Below are positions 24,241-38,774 of a stretch of 64,000 bases of DNA, one piece after another (position 1 is the stretch's first letter; every line of letters starts with the position of its first letter). Below the pieces are notes generated by a model that was given only the letters and a program-made list of their open reading frames with translations, was not told the DNA's origin and did no database searches. The stretch is from Octopus vulgaris (lineage: Eukaryota): NCBI GenBank assembly GCA_951406725.2, contig OX597830.1, positions 30,442,001 to 30,506,000 of the forward strand, read 5' to 3'. A program made the position numbers and the translations under genes.

Positions 24241-24700
24241 GTATAGACATACACACACACAATATGAAAATTTAGGCGACATGAGAGGTGAATATATTTA
24301 ACTAATTGTCATCGTGGGATTTACAGCTGTCTTGCACCCTTCATTACGTAATAATAATTTAAGTGTATAACTCATTATTTTACATGCTTGCACTAATATG
24401 CTTGCTACGCATTATACAATTCAATAATATATTTACAAATTAGGGCAGATACAGAAAACTAGCTCATCAGATCACCTGAACATTGTGGTTACTCCAATGC
24501 TTTAATTTTAAGTATATATACAAAATTTACTCTTTATATTTACAATGTATGGAAGATGAATGCCAGATAATATTTTCTTGGTAAGGTAATTAAAAATATG
24601 TAGAGATAAATATATTTTGCTTTGTATTAAGGTGCTGGATCTGAGTTTAAGAAATTGAGCATACTTAATGTTAACAAAACCTAAGGGATATGTGTGAAAA

Positions 24701-24856
24701 GGAGAGGTTGCGTAGCAAGTAGCTTGCATACCAATTACATAGTTCCGGGTTCAGTCTCAGTGCGTTACACCTTGGGCAAGTGTCTTCTACTATAGCCTTG
24801 GACCGACCAATCCTTGTGAGTGGATTTGGCAGATGGAAACAGAAAGAAGCCCGCTG

Positions 24857-24914
<58 letters not shown>

Positions 24915-25136
24915 TGTATGTGTGTTTGTGCGTGTTTGTGCGTGTGTGTCTGTCCCCCCACCATCGCTTGACAACCGATGCTGCTGTGTTTACATCCCCA
25001 TAACTTAGTGGTTCGGCAAACGAATAAGTACTAAGCTTACAAAGAATAAGTCCTGGGGTCGATTTGCTCGATTAAAGGCGGTGCTCCAGCATGGCCGCAG
25101 TCAAATGACTGGATGAAGTGAAAGTAAAAGAAAAGA
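24701..25136 (+). mobile_element. SINE family A
   Basis: Family A modules with (TA)(TG) internal tract. Confidence 0.9.
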
Positions 25137-25339
25137 TAGTAACGAAGAACAGTTATGTTTCTGGTTTATTTACTCCTCATGAAATAATTTCATCGATCTG
25201 ATCAGGATTTCAGCCGAATAGAACTTTGTATTATACGTTTTTGTACTCGATCATTATGTAGTCTGTTAGCCGGGTCCGCTAAAGAAGCTTTACGTGATAG
25301 TCACATGACTCTATGAATTCGTGTACTGCACTACAAATT

Positions 25340-25378
<39 letters not shown>

Positions 25379-25387
25379 AAACATATA

Positions 25388-25800
25388 GGTGCAGGAGTGG
25401 CTGTGTGATAAGTAGCTTCCTCACCAGCCACATGGTTCCGGGTTCAGTCCCACTGCGTGGTACCTTGGGCAATGTCTTCTACTATAACCTCGGGCCGATC
25501 AAAGCCTTGTGATTGGACTTGGTAGACGGAAACTGAAAGAAGCCCGTCGTATATATATGTATATGTGTGTGTGTGTGTGTTTGTGCGTCTGTGTTCGCCC
25601 CCAACCCCCCCAACATCGTTTGACAACCGATGCTGGTGTGTTTACGTCCCCCGTAACAGCGGTTCGGTAAAGAGACCGATAGAATAAGTACCAGGCTTAC
25701 AAAGAATAAGTCCTGGGATCGATGTGCTCGACTAAAGGCGGTGCTCCAACATGGCTACAGTCAAATGACTGAAACAAGTAAAAGAGTAAAAGAGAGAAAG
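25388..25800 (+). mobile_element. SINE family A, full length
   Basis: ggtgcaggagtggctgtg...aagtaaaagagtaaaagag. Confidence 0.92.
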
Positions 25801-26489
25801 AGTACAATCTCCACCGTGTAGTGTCTCTCCTGTTTTCCTTTACGCTATACTATTCCACTCCCAAAGTATGAATCGATCGACGAGTATAAAGACTGTTGCT
25901 GGAATAATTTTATATACTGTTTATTCAACGGTGAATATGGCAGTAGAGAATTGGTGGTGAAAGCAATTGCGTTCTAGGTCAATTACAGTTGCATTTGAAA
26001 TACACATATGTTTATTCAATGTTTAGGGTCAATAATTAAGACTATCTGAATTAAAATTAATCGTCTCCATATCAATAAGTATAATCGTTTCTCAAACCAG
26101 TGATTTGTTTACTTCGTGGTAAAAATCATTTTGGTTTCTTTATAGTATAAGGAAGTAATTGTCACCACCATTCAACAAAATTTACGCAAGACTGCATGAG
26201 TTCGTGTGTCTTCCACACGTAATCAGTGGGGCATCAATTTAGCCCTTGTGCGAGACCCATATCTTTAATACTTGGATTGTGACTAAGATTTCTTTACGTT
26301 ACGCTCCCGATATGGATGATTTCAAATGTAAGTCATCAGTCCAGCTAGAATCATTGCAGAGGGTAAAAAAAAACATGGAAACAGTCAGCATGGCAACGAT
26401 AAAGCCATGTGTGGCAGACGGCTCTAGTATTCATATATCTCTTTAAATCTTTGCCTGGATACAGAAAATAAAATGCGTTTCGAATGGTT

Positions 26490-26620
26490 TAGTAGTTAAG
26501 AAATTAGCGTTGCAGCAACGTGGTTTTCAGTTCGATCCCATTACGTGGTACAGTCTAGGCCAGCCACTACTTTGTGAGCGAATGGAAAGAGAGTGAAAGT
26601 TTGACAGATATTTACATATA

Positions 26621-26684
<64 letters not shown>

Positions 26685-26770
26685 TCCCTCACAACCGCTT
26701 GTTAACCGGCATTAGTTTGTTTAATCACCCTAACTTAGCGGCGAAACAAAAAAGGTCAACAGAATAATAC
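26490..26770 (+). mobile_element. SINE family A-related, degenerate
   Basis: gttcgatcccattacgtggtac, TG tract, caaccgcttgttaaccgg...taacttagcgg. Confidence 0.5.
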
Positions 26771-27009
26771 TAATAGCGACTGTTTCCTCATGGTGGCAAA
26801 GATATACTTTCAAAATTACTTAGTATATGACGGGTAACACTAGTAATTATTCTTATTTCACAGAAAATACTTGAATGAAACAGACCCTCAAGAAGAACGA
26901 AACCAGGAAATGATTTAACGTGAATTGTTCCAGATTCGTGGCTAGAACCTCTATGTGGTCGCTTAATATGCCAGAAATAAAAGATAAGTCTCCTTAAATC
27001 TCACCATCG

Positions 27010-27380
27010 TGGCACTCCGTCGGTTACAACGATGACGAGGGTTCCAGTTGCTCCGATCAACGGAACAGCCTGCTCTCGTGAAATTAACGTGCAAGTGGCT
27101 GATCACTCCACAGACACGTGCACACTTAACGTAGTTCTCAAGGAGATTCAGCGTGACACAGTATGTGACAAGTCTGGCCCTTTGAAATACAGGTACTACA
27201 GAAACAGGAAAAAAGAGTGAAAAAATACAGCAGGGTTCGCCACCACGCCCTACCGGATCCACGGGGAGCTTTTAGTTGTTTCCGCTCAATAAACACTCAC
27301 AACGCCCGCTCTGTGAATCGAAACCGCGATCATACAACCTTCAGTCCACTGCCCTAACCAGCGGGCCACTGCGCCCCCAC
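27010..27380 (-). mobile_element. tRNA-derived SINE, head H1 plus tail T1
   Basis: Reverse complement homolog of 50110-50490. Confidence 0.88.
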
Positions 27381-27549
27381 AGTTCAAAATTAGTTCATAG
27401 TCAATAATACAAAGAAAACTCGTTAATAAATTATTTTTATCGTGTTCTGAACGTTGAATTGAGCTTTGGGTCAGATGAGGTCAAACGATCTCAGACTGTC
27501 ATCTAAGGGCTTGGCTGTGCCTAAGTAATTTGTACTTCCTTCTTTATAC

Positions 27550-27967
27550 TCTCTTTCCTCTTTTCTCAATTTTACTTGTTTCAGTCATTTGACTATGGCC
27601 ATGCTGGAGCACCGCCTTTAGTCGAGCAAATCGACCCCAGGACCTATTCTTCGTAAGCCTAGTACTTATTCTATCGGTCTCTTTGGCCGAACCGTTAAGT
27701 TACGGGGACGTAAACACACCAGCATCGGTTGCCAAGCGATGTTGGGGACACAAACACAGACATAAACATATACACACACACATAAATACATATATACATA
27801 TATACGACGGGCTTCTTTCAGTTTCCGTTTACCAAATCCACTCACGAGGCTTTGGTCGGCCCGAGGCTATAGCAGAAGACACATGCCCAAAGTGCCACGC
27901 AGTGGGAGTGAACCCGGAACCATGTGGCTGGTAAGCAAGCTACTTACCACACAGCCACTCCTGCGCC
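27550..27967 (-). mobile_element. SINE family A, full length
   Basis: All modules present. Confidence 0.92.
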
Positions 27968-28267
27968 TATAACATGTACATGTTTCACTGTCGAATGAGT
28001 GAAATGCTAAGTCTACGTCGGCGGAATTCGAACTCAGAATGTATACAGCCGTATGAAATGCTGTCAGTCAGTTTTGATGGTCGTTCTGTCAATCATAATA
28101 ATCGTGAAAAAGACAATTACAAACACGAACAAAATATCATCACCACCATTACCATAGAAATGGTGGTTGAGTCGAGAAATGAGGATCGGCTCCATTTTGT
28201 TGTGATTTATCTTATATATGTGCACGTTTGTATGCACGCGTGTGTGGTGTTTGTGTGTAGATATGTG

Positions 28268-28421
<154 letters not shown>

Positions 28422-28833
28422 TGTATATGCTCATAAGTACGTATCTGCTTTCATATACATATACACGCCCATATATCTTTTTAATTAGATTTTATAGAAA
28501 ATGGTTCATTGTCTATTCTACTCCTACCCCTCCCTTCCAACCTATTTTTCTACCTCACCTATTCTTCCACCCTCTCTCTCTCCTTCTTTCTCACTCTCTC
28601 TCCTCTTTCTCTCTCACCTTGCTGTGTTTAAGCAACAGAAACGTTTGCGTTTCAGCTAATATTTAACACTTTTCTTATCTATTCAGTTTTGCACGTAGCC
28701 TAAATTTCTAACTATTTATCTATTTCCTCTATTCAAATCTTTATTAATGTACAAAACTATTCCTATATGTATATATCTATCTGTTTATCTATCCCTATAT
28801 CTGCTAAGTAACTAATTATTTATCTACCTTCCC

Positions 28834-28834
<1 letters not shown>

Positions 28835-28910
<76 letters not shown>

Positions 28911-28911
28911 A

Positions 28912-28960
<49 letters not shown>

Positions 28961-28992
28961 GTCTGTCTGCCTGTCTGTCTGTCTGTCTATCA

Positions 28993-29048
<56 letters not shown>

Positions 29049-29061
29049 GTCTGTCTATCTG

Positions 29062-29128
<67 letters not shown>

Positions 29129-29150
29129 GTCTGTCTGTCTGTCTGTCTGT
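28835..29150. repeat. (TATC)n/(TGTC)n microsatellite
   Basis: Direct observation. Confidence 0.95.
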
Positions 29151-29679
29151 CATTTTCTCTGCTTGACCGTCTCTCTCCTTCCCTTTCAGCATATATTTAA
29201 ATACGTAGACATACACACACATACATATGAGCTTTTTTTTTTGCATGTGTAAATATGCGTATCTCTGCGTATATCGTGTTCCTGGATATATACTTGCCTG
29301 TCTAGCAATATCTCCATATCTCTATCTCTTTTTATAGCCTCTATATTTGCCTATCGTTTACATATATCTCTACTGGTTAATCCTCTGCTCATCTCTCTAC
29401 CTCTTTCTCCTCACTAACATACACTTATACATAAACACAGTAAATTCCTTTGCTATTATGTCCCTTTGTTCCGTATTCCTTCACATTATGTGTGTGTGTG
29501 TGTTTGTGTGTCTGTGTGTGTGTGTGTGTGTGTGCGTGCGCGCGTTTAATCTGTACTTCTTTTATTGGTTTCACTTGCTGAAAATAAGAGGCTGAGTTGA
29601 CGAGTGCTAAATGATCGTCTATCTTAACCTCAGATGTCTTAACGTTTAACTCAAAAATATATTTAATTTCGAAGCAGCA

Positions 29680-29727
<48 letters not shown>

Positions 29728-30278
29728 GAAAACAGAAAATGGAGAAATATTGACGAACAACGATTGACTTACATCAATTATTATTTATTAATTCAATACA
29801 AATAGACTGCACCCCATCTGACAGATGTTTCTGCTTCCAATATTGTAGTTGTATGGTATTGCCATTGATATGCTAAAAATATTTATCCTATTTGGTAATA
29901 AATGCGATCTGAAACATGGAGATTCATCAGAGTGAAGAATAAATTAAAAAGAAGAAAAAGGAAAAGTTAAATATGGTGTAATCATACCATTTTGCTTGTG
30001 TATCTCTTTGGGATGTTAAGTAAATGACTAAACTTCAAATAGTATTTGGTGAGTTAATCCTTTGTACGAAGGAGGAGATAGGATGGATAAATAATTTTTA
30101 AAAATTGAAAATTAAAAGGGGGATACGCTAATAGGCTTTAGTCGGAGATGGGGTGAAGATACAACAAGGTTTTAAATTAATTATGATAATTTTTTAATAA
30201 TTATGTTTATTGTATTGACTAATATATCATAATAAAGTGCTAGTTGATTAAATGTAATTTGAACTATATATATATATA

Positions 30279-30343
<65 letters not shown>

Positions 30344-30367
30344 GTGTGTGCGTGTGTGTGTGTGTGA

Positions 30368-30492
30368 GAGTGTAGTCGAAATTCATAGAAAATCAAAAGA
30401 CGAAGACAGGTCTAGGAACAACAAGCAGATGTATTAGTTTGACGATCGGGAAAAATGGAAAAGTCTTTTACGTTTCGAGCCTACGCTCTTCG
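30368..30492 (-). mobile_element. Penelope-like pseudo-LTR tail with 5'-truncated hammerhead motif
   Basis: Minus strand CGA-A-GAGC-GUAG-GCUC-GAAAC-GUA; located between TG and TA tracts. Confidence 0.55.
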
Positions 30493-30599
30493 ATATATAT
30501 GTATATATGAATGTATATGTATTTGCTCGTACATCCAATCCAGTATCAAATAACCAGGGTTTTATCAAGCTTGAGGGTAGGAAAGCCCTCCCTGGACTC

Positions 30600-31030
30600 C
30601 TTCCTTCGTTGTCTGACTCTGGCTAGTCGTGGCCATATAGGTCCCAGGTAGCAAATTAGATCATCTCGACATCTAGTCATTGGTCGGCTTCTTGATCGTG
30701 TCCATTGTCTTAGTGTCCATTACATTTCGCCGGAGGTCCACCTGTTGTCCTTCAATCGTGTGATGAGGGCAGCCCATCTATATTCCTTCTTGTTGATAGT
30801 TCTTATGATGTTGTTGATAGTTCTTATAATGTTGTTGACTCTTGTATGCTGTCTAATCCAAGCGTTGGGTTTTTTTTCGTCCCGCAATTCGGTGCTGAGC
30901 ATGATTCGTTTCATTTTTCCGTTCGGCTGCAATGAGGATGTTCACGATGGTAGTGTTGAAAGCCCATGTTTCACTGCCGTAAATCATCACTGACAGGATG
31001 TACTCATTGTAAATCTCTACGATCTAGCGA
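30600..31030 (-). mobile_element. RTE-like LINE 3' ORF remnant
   Basis: YNEYILSVMIYGSETW...NAWIRQHT...RWAALITRLKDNRWT...RSRSRP. Confidence 0.75.
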
Positions 31031-31530
31031 TCTTGAATAGAACGTTCCAGCAGTCATTTCATCCGATGATAAACCAATTACTTAATAGACCTGTTAGTCA
31101 TAGATTTAATGTCGGAGAAGCTATGCTTGTATGTACGTACGTGTCTACTTACGTATGTGTGTATGTATGTATGTATGTATGTATGTATGTGTATAAGTGT
31201 TATATACCCATGTATGTATTTATGTACGCGCATACCCAAGTATTTATGTATGTATTTATATACGCACGTACAGATGTACGTATGTATTTATGCATGCATG
31301 TGTATACGTACATATGTGTGTATGTACGTATGCATGTATATATAAATGCATAAAGTATGTATTGTTCACAGTTTTACTCACCATCACATTCCTTAAAGTT
31401 TTAATCGATTTTTTTATTCTCATTCCCCTAAAACATTAATTAATGCTAATGCAAATCAAATTCTTAACATAAGTAAATAAATTAATATAATCTCTACAAA
31501 AATATCTTAGGTTATTCTTCCTACCTATCA

Positions 31531-31624
<94 letters not shown>

Positions 31625-31709
31625 TTATCTATATATCTATCTATCTATATATCTCTCTTTCTCTCTCTCTCTTTCTCATTCTGAGTATATATATATATAT
31701 ATATATACA

Positions 31710-31857
<148 letters not shown>

Positions 31858-31889
31858 ATGGATGTAGAGCAGAGGCTAAAAACTACTGG

Positions 31890-32350
31890 CCAATCTCTCT
31901 GACATCACATATCAGTATAATCAAGGAACAAATCTTCAGAAAGAAACTGGGGACATTATCAGTTTCTTTCTGATGTCCCTAAAAGAAAATGATTTCTTGA
32001 ACGATACACAGCATGGCTTTGGCCAGGAATAAGCTGCCTCACACAACGCTTACATCTCTATGACTTGGTTTTGAAAAAGCTGCTTGACCATGTAAATGTC
32101 AATGTGATATGTCTTGACTTCGCTAAGGTGCATCATAAAGGTGCATCATGGCATGATATGTCACAAGCTGCGAGACCTTGGCTTTGCTGGTAAAGTGAGG
32201 GACTGGATGCATGATTTCCAACGGTGCCTTTCTGAGGAGACAGAAATACTGAGTGGAGTCCCCTGTGAACTGTATCGAGGCCATTACTGTTAGAAATAAC
32301 TCACTTAGACATGCCCATGGTCACTCAGACAGCCACCGTCACAAAATTAT
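31890..32350 (+). mobile_element. CR1/L2-like LINE RT remnant
   Basis: NDTQHGF..SCLTQ..CLDFAK..KV.H..KLRDLGFAGKVRDW..SGVP, with frameshifts. Confidence 0.75.
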
Positions 32351-32470
32351 CATAGGCAATAAAACCAAGAGAAAAGAGCATATAGGAGTGGTGACATGAA
32401 ATTCCTCCACCCTGATGAAATAAGCCCAGCAAGAATCAGGGGTAAAAATGCCCAATCACAGTAGCCACAC

Positions 32471-32523
<53 letters not shown>

Positions 32524-32544
32524 GTATGTATGTATGTATATATA

Positions 32545-32773
32545 TTCTTTTATTCTTTTACTTGTTTCAGTTATTTGTCTGCGGCCATACTGGAGCACCG
32601 CCTTTTGTTGAATAAATCGACTCCAGAACTTATTCTTTGTCTGCCTAATACTTATTCTATCGATCTCTTTTGCTAAGCCGCTAAGTTACGGGGACGTAAA
32701 GACGCCAACATCGGTTGGCAAGCGATGGTGGGGAGGACAAACACAGACACACAAATACATGTATGTATGTATG

Positions 32774-32837
<64 letters not shown>

Positions 32838-32990
32838 ACGGGCTTCTTTCAGTTTCCGTCTACCAAATCCACTCACAAGGCTTTGGTCGGGCCAAGGCTA
32901 TAGTAGAAGATACTTGCCCAAGGTGCCACTCACTGGGACTGAACCCGGAACTATGTGGTTGGGAAGCAAGCTTCTTCCCACACTTCCACA
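32545..32990 (-). mobile_element. SINE family A
   Basis: Family A modules; internal tract TATG/TA/GA. Confidence 0.9.
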
Positions 32991-33335
32991 TTTCCAGATA
33001 TGTATGTATGTATATATGTATATATGTATATATGTATGTATGTATGTAATGTATGTACGCATATTTGTGATATTTATCTGTGTCTACAAGTGTTGTTATC
33101 AGTATACGGCTCATTGTACGCATTACACACAACACACATACACACACAGAGAACATTACGTATACATCATGATGTCATTAATTAATGGTTAGCATATCAA
33201 CGATTAATATTTCGCTAATGTTAAGTCATTTATGTCTTAACTTGGCAGGCACAAGGTTTCATTAATTTATGTCGTCGACATTTATAGCTCATTTCCTAAC
33301 TCACACCGGATCGTGTTTTAACATATATTTGCGTG

Positions 33336-33395
<60 letters not shown>

Positions 33396-33804
33396 GGCTG
33401 CTAATCCTGCATGAAAGTGTGTATATACATATATATAAACTTGAATTTCTAAATATGCATATATGCATAAACATACATACATATATATATATGAACATAT
33501 ATATATATACATATATATTTATATATATATGTGTGTGTGTATGTATATATATGTATATATGTCTGTATGTATGTATATATATATATATATATATGTATGT
33601 ATATATATATATATGGAGAGAGAAAGAGAGAGAGGAAGAAAGAAGAAAGAAAGAGAGAAAGGAAGATAGATAGATAGATAGATAAATAGATATACATGTA
33701 TATACATGCATATATATTATGTATGTACATGTATAATATATATATATACACATATATAATCATAATTATACATTCTATTTACATATATACACACATACAC
33801 ACAA

Positions 33805-33850
<46 letters not shown>

Positions 33851-34425
33851 GCAAAACATTCAAACACTGAGATTTGAAATCAGATTTCACTACTGTTCAT
33901 ATCATGTGTGGATAAATTTTAAAATTGATGATATCACCAACAGTGACATAGGTGGATCGCAGGCGCAATAGCATTATATAGCTAGGAATTATAAATTTGT
34001 ACGGTGCGTTAGGATGTCTAAAAAAGCATCCACCCGCTAGAAATAAGAGCTAATGTCTTAGGTTTAGCTACCGTACCGCACCAAGATAACAGAGAAAACA
34101 GTAAGCGAGGAAAACAAAAAGAATCAAAGCATTTAACAGCACAAAAAAAAATATTTGCAATGGTGTATATATATATTGTTATGCCGAGAGTCACTGACAA
34201 CCCTGTGGGACTGGGAAAATGAACTAGCCGAACTCTTATAAAGAGCCGTAGGAGTTGTTGAGAGTTCGTGGAAGTCGTAGGAAGCCGATGAGATCGTTGA
34301 GAGCTTGTATCCTTTGGAGTATCGTGTTTGGTGGAGAATTTTGAAGTATGTCGTGCGAAGACAGTTGCGTCTTATCCTTACTTATCCTTACTTCGCGAAT
34401 TCTGTATATCCAACGTATAGAAGAA

Positions 34426-34491
<66 letters not shown>

Positions 34492-35534
34492 ACGAATGTA
34501 TAATTCAGTGTCTCTTTTCTAAATCAAAAGATAAAACAAACAACTAAATATGATGTTGCTATGTATGGCTTAAAGGCGGTTTTACTGGTATTTCTAGCAG
34601 GATATTTGTCCGAGCAGATGCTCCATCATGGCTTCAGATTCTGTTGGTATTCGCCTATTCTATGTTATTTGTGATTTTATTTACTTAGCCTTTTCTTATT
34701 TTTAATTTCATATCATTCTATGATTTGTCTTTTAACATCCGACCTACCTTATAGATGTAACTGCTATTTTTGTTGTTGACATCTTCGTTAGCATCGTTTG
34801 TGTTATTCATCAACAAGTCATCTCCGATTAGATTCACATATGATCAAAGATATTTGAAGACTATATCGTTGTTGTATTGTTTAAGCGATGGTCTTGAGAG
34901 AAAACACAAGAAATTAATCATATAGGTGTAATACTTGTTTGTCGGGTGATTTGATCAAGGATCGTGTGTTAGAAGAGAGTTATATCGTGGAATAGCCATC
35001 GTAACCATTTAAGAACATGCAAACAATATTATATTCATTTATCGTTTTTTTCTCGCGATATCAAAATTTTCGTCACATCTCTGCGTCTTGGTCATCAATA
35101 GTGTTCCACAGCAGCTGTTGTAGATTAGTTGTTAACGAGTGTATATGAACCTGATTGATTTTTGTTTACTGTATAGTTTAACGTTCTTTTAATTTCTTCT
35201 ACTTATTTCTCTTAATTTTCCTTCTTCTGTTTTTTTTTTTTCTTTTACGTTTTGTTGCACTGACAGACAAACAGGTCTGCTGGGCTGGGATACTATGACC
35301 GTCTTGATATGCATCATCACCTCCCTCTTTTTACGTTTAGTTCTGTTTGTCAATAAACTTGTATTTTTTCAATGTAACTGTTCACTTCTTTTCTGTAGTT
35401 TCTCCCCCACCCCCACCCCCACCATAATATATACCTACACACACGTACGTATACTCTTGAATAACCTACAAGCCTAACTAGTTACGAACGTTTGACGAGC
35501 CTACGAAGCTTTAAGTAGTGTATATGTGTATATT

Positions 35535-35681
35535 TGGCTGTGTGGGAAGAAGCTTGCTTCAAAACCACATGGTTCCGGGTTCAGTCCCTCTGTGTGGCAC
35601 CTTGGGCAAGTGTCTTCTACTAAAGCCACGAGCCGAACAATTGTGGGTGGATTTGTTAGACGGAAACTGAAAATAGCCTGT

Positions 35682-35719
<38 letters not shown>

Positions 35720-36000
35720 TGTGTGTATGTATTTGTGAGTGTGTTTATCTCTATGTGTATGTATTTGTGTGTGTGTCTTTGTGTCTGTGTTTGTTCACCC
35801 TCACCATCACTTGTCAACCAATGTTGGTGTGTTTACGTCCCCGTAACTTAGCTGTTTGGCAGTACAAACCGATAGAATAAGTACTTGGCTTAGGAAGAAT
35901 AAGTCCTGGGGCCGATTTCTTCGCATAAAAAAAAAACCTTGAAAGCGATGCTCCAGCATGGCCGCTGTCACATGACTGAAATAAGGGAAAGAATAAAAGA
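35535..36000 (+). mobile_element. SINE family A
   Basis: Family A modules. Confidence 0.88.
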
Positions 36001-36400
36001 ATATATACAGAATGTTTCCTTTTCCCCTGATGGTCGGATTTGAATGTATTTTTTTTTCCTGTAGTTTCAGCTCAGAGCTGCGGCCATGCTGATGCACCGC
36101 CGTTAAAATAACATTTCTACCATCTCACCGCTTTAAATATTTGTAGTATGATTGTGGCATTAGCTAAATTTTTAGGGTATCGGTCAAAATGATTTGTGGT
36201 CTTTAAGTTTTGAGTTCAAATCACACCAAGATAATTTTCACCATCGTTCATTTACAGCAAAGTAAAATAAAATTCCAATCGAATACAATAACCGAAATGA
36301 ATGACTGCCTCTCACTCCCTAATTTAAGGTTTTGTGGTGTCAGGATTATTAATTCAATTGTCCATAAGCATACATTTGTGTATGTAAATATATGCGCGTG

Positions 36401-36433
<33 letters not shown>

Positions 36434-36450
36434 GTACATACATAAAAAAG

Positions 36451-36770
36451 ACTCCGCCGGTTACGACGACGAGGGTCCCAGCTGATACGATCAACGGAAC
36501 AGCTTGCTCGTGAAATTAACGTGCAAATGGCTTAGCATTCCACAGACACGTGTACCCTTAACGTAGTTCTCGGGGATAATCAGCGTGACACAGAGAGTGA
36601 CAAGGCTGACCCTTTGAAATACAAGTACAACTCATTTTTGCCAGCTGAGTGGACTGGAGCAACGTGAAATAAAGTGTCTTGCTCAAGGACACAACGCGTC
36701 GCCGGGAATCGAACTCACAACCTTACGATCATGAGACGAATACCCTAACCACTAAGCCACGCGCCCTCAC
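36451..36770 (-). mobile_element. tRNA-derived SINE, head H2 plus tail T1
   Basis: A box tggcttagtgg, B box gagttcgattccc, CORE-like gtccttgagcaagacact, tail gtcgtaaccggcggagt. Confidence 0.88.
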
Positions 36771-36906
36771 AGACATACATACATACATATATATGCACAC
36801 ACATGAAACTCTGAGTATATGTCACTTGAGTCATCAACCAACCTGCTTACCTTTCTATTTATGCGCATATATATATATGTTTGTGTGTATTTATGTATAC
36901 GTATAG

Positions 36907-36971
<65 letters not shown>

Positions 36972-37279
36972 TGTATATGTATGCATATATATATAAATCA
37001 TACGTATATATGTGTGTATCTACGTGTGTGTGTGTGTGTGTGTGTGTATGCATATGATGCTGGTGAGCACCATGAAACAGAAATAATTCTTCGTGTTGGC
37101 GGCAATAATGAAGAAAATCAATAGGAATACTATTTCTAATGTTAATTAAAATATTAATTAAATAAAAAGATGCAATAATAAATAAAATGAAGGTAAGCAT
37201 TGTACGCTTATGTCAAAATGGTAAATAGATTTAGAGTTGATATATGAAGTTTGAGGGGGAGCAGAAATCAGAATAGACC

Positions 37280-37328
<49 letters not shown>

Positions 37329-37390
37329 AGTCACTATAAAATCACATACTTACAAACAAAAATACTCCTATACATACGAATATTATATAC

Positions 37391-37421
<31 letters not shown>

Positions 37422-37460
37422 TATATATACATATATATATATATACATATATATATATAC

Positions 37461-37518
<58 letters not shown>

Positions 37519-37764
37519 TTGTATAAATACACACAAAAATTTGTATGTGTGTGAATATATATGTGTGTGTGTGTGTGTGAAATGAGTCCTACTTCATTAT
37601 TAAATTAATTAGAAATATATTTATGTTTTTGTTTATTTGTGTGTGTGTATATATATATACATATATAATTATGTATGTGTACATATACATATACTTACAT
37701 ATATACATATAAACAAAGATGTATAACATAGATTTCTAATTAATTTATTAATGAAGTAGGATTC

Positions 37765-37799
<35 letters not shown>

Positions 37800-38042
37800 T
37801 ATAATATATATGTATGTATATATGTATATATGTATATGTATGCAATATGTATATGTATGTAAATGTGTGCGTGTGCGCGCGCGTGTGGGTGAGTGTGTAT
37901 TGATGCACATTTGTACTTCCATACATTCATGCTTATGTACCGGAGCAACACATATACAGCTACAAAAGAAAGCGTCAACACCCACCCATCCACACCCACC
38001 AACGCACATACATACATACATATACACATATATATGTCTTCG

Positions 38043-38090
<48 letters not shown>

Positions 38091-38326
38091 TACACACATA
38101 TACATATACACATATACACATATGCATACATATACACATACATACATATACATATACACATATACACATATACGCATACATACATATACACAATTACACA
38201 TATAGATACACACACACACATATATAAGCCATCTAGACACACGAAGCTCTCTCTCTCTCTCTCTCTCTCTCCCCTGTATATATACACATATCCATCTACC
38301 TCTATCTATCTATCTAATTATCTATC

Positions 38327-38357
<31 letters not shown>

Positions 38358-38377
38358 ATATATATATATGTATGTAC

Positions 38378-38426
<49 letters not shown>

Positions 38427-38445
38427 TATATGTGTGTATGTATAT

Positions 38446-38509
<64 letters not shown>

Positions 38510-38774
38510 GTATGTATGTATGTATGTATGTATATATATGCAGTCGAATATGCATTGTTAGTGTAAAAGAAATGTGTCAAACAACAACGAGGAACATCTG
38601 TCATATCGATCAGGGATATCCAATCAAGAGAGACGCTAGATTGTTGAAACTAATTAAAGTGATTACTTGAAGCTAATCGTGTCATCATTTAATGACTTGC
38701 TGACAGTGATAGCAAGCTAACAATAATTAGATGAGATCTCGGCACTCTTTTCACTTATTCTCATTGTTGGAATT

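Noticed and set aside
34200-34340. Short semi-repeated gtcgtagga/gttgagag motifs, possibly transposon subterminal repeats
   Set aside because: No matching terminal inverted repeats or target duplication could be established.
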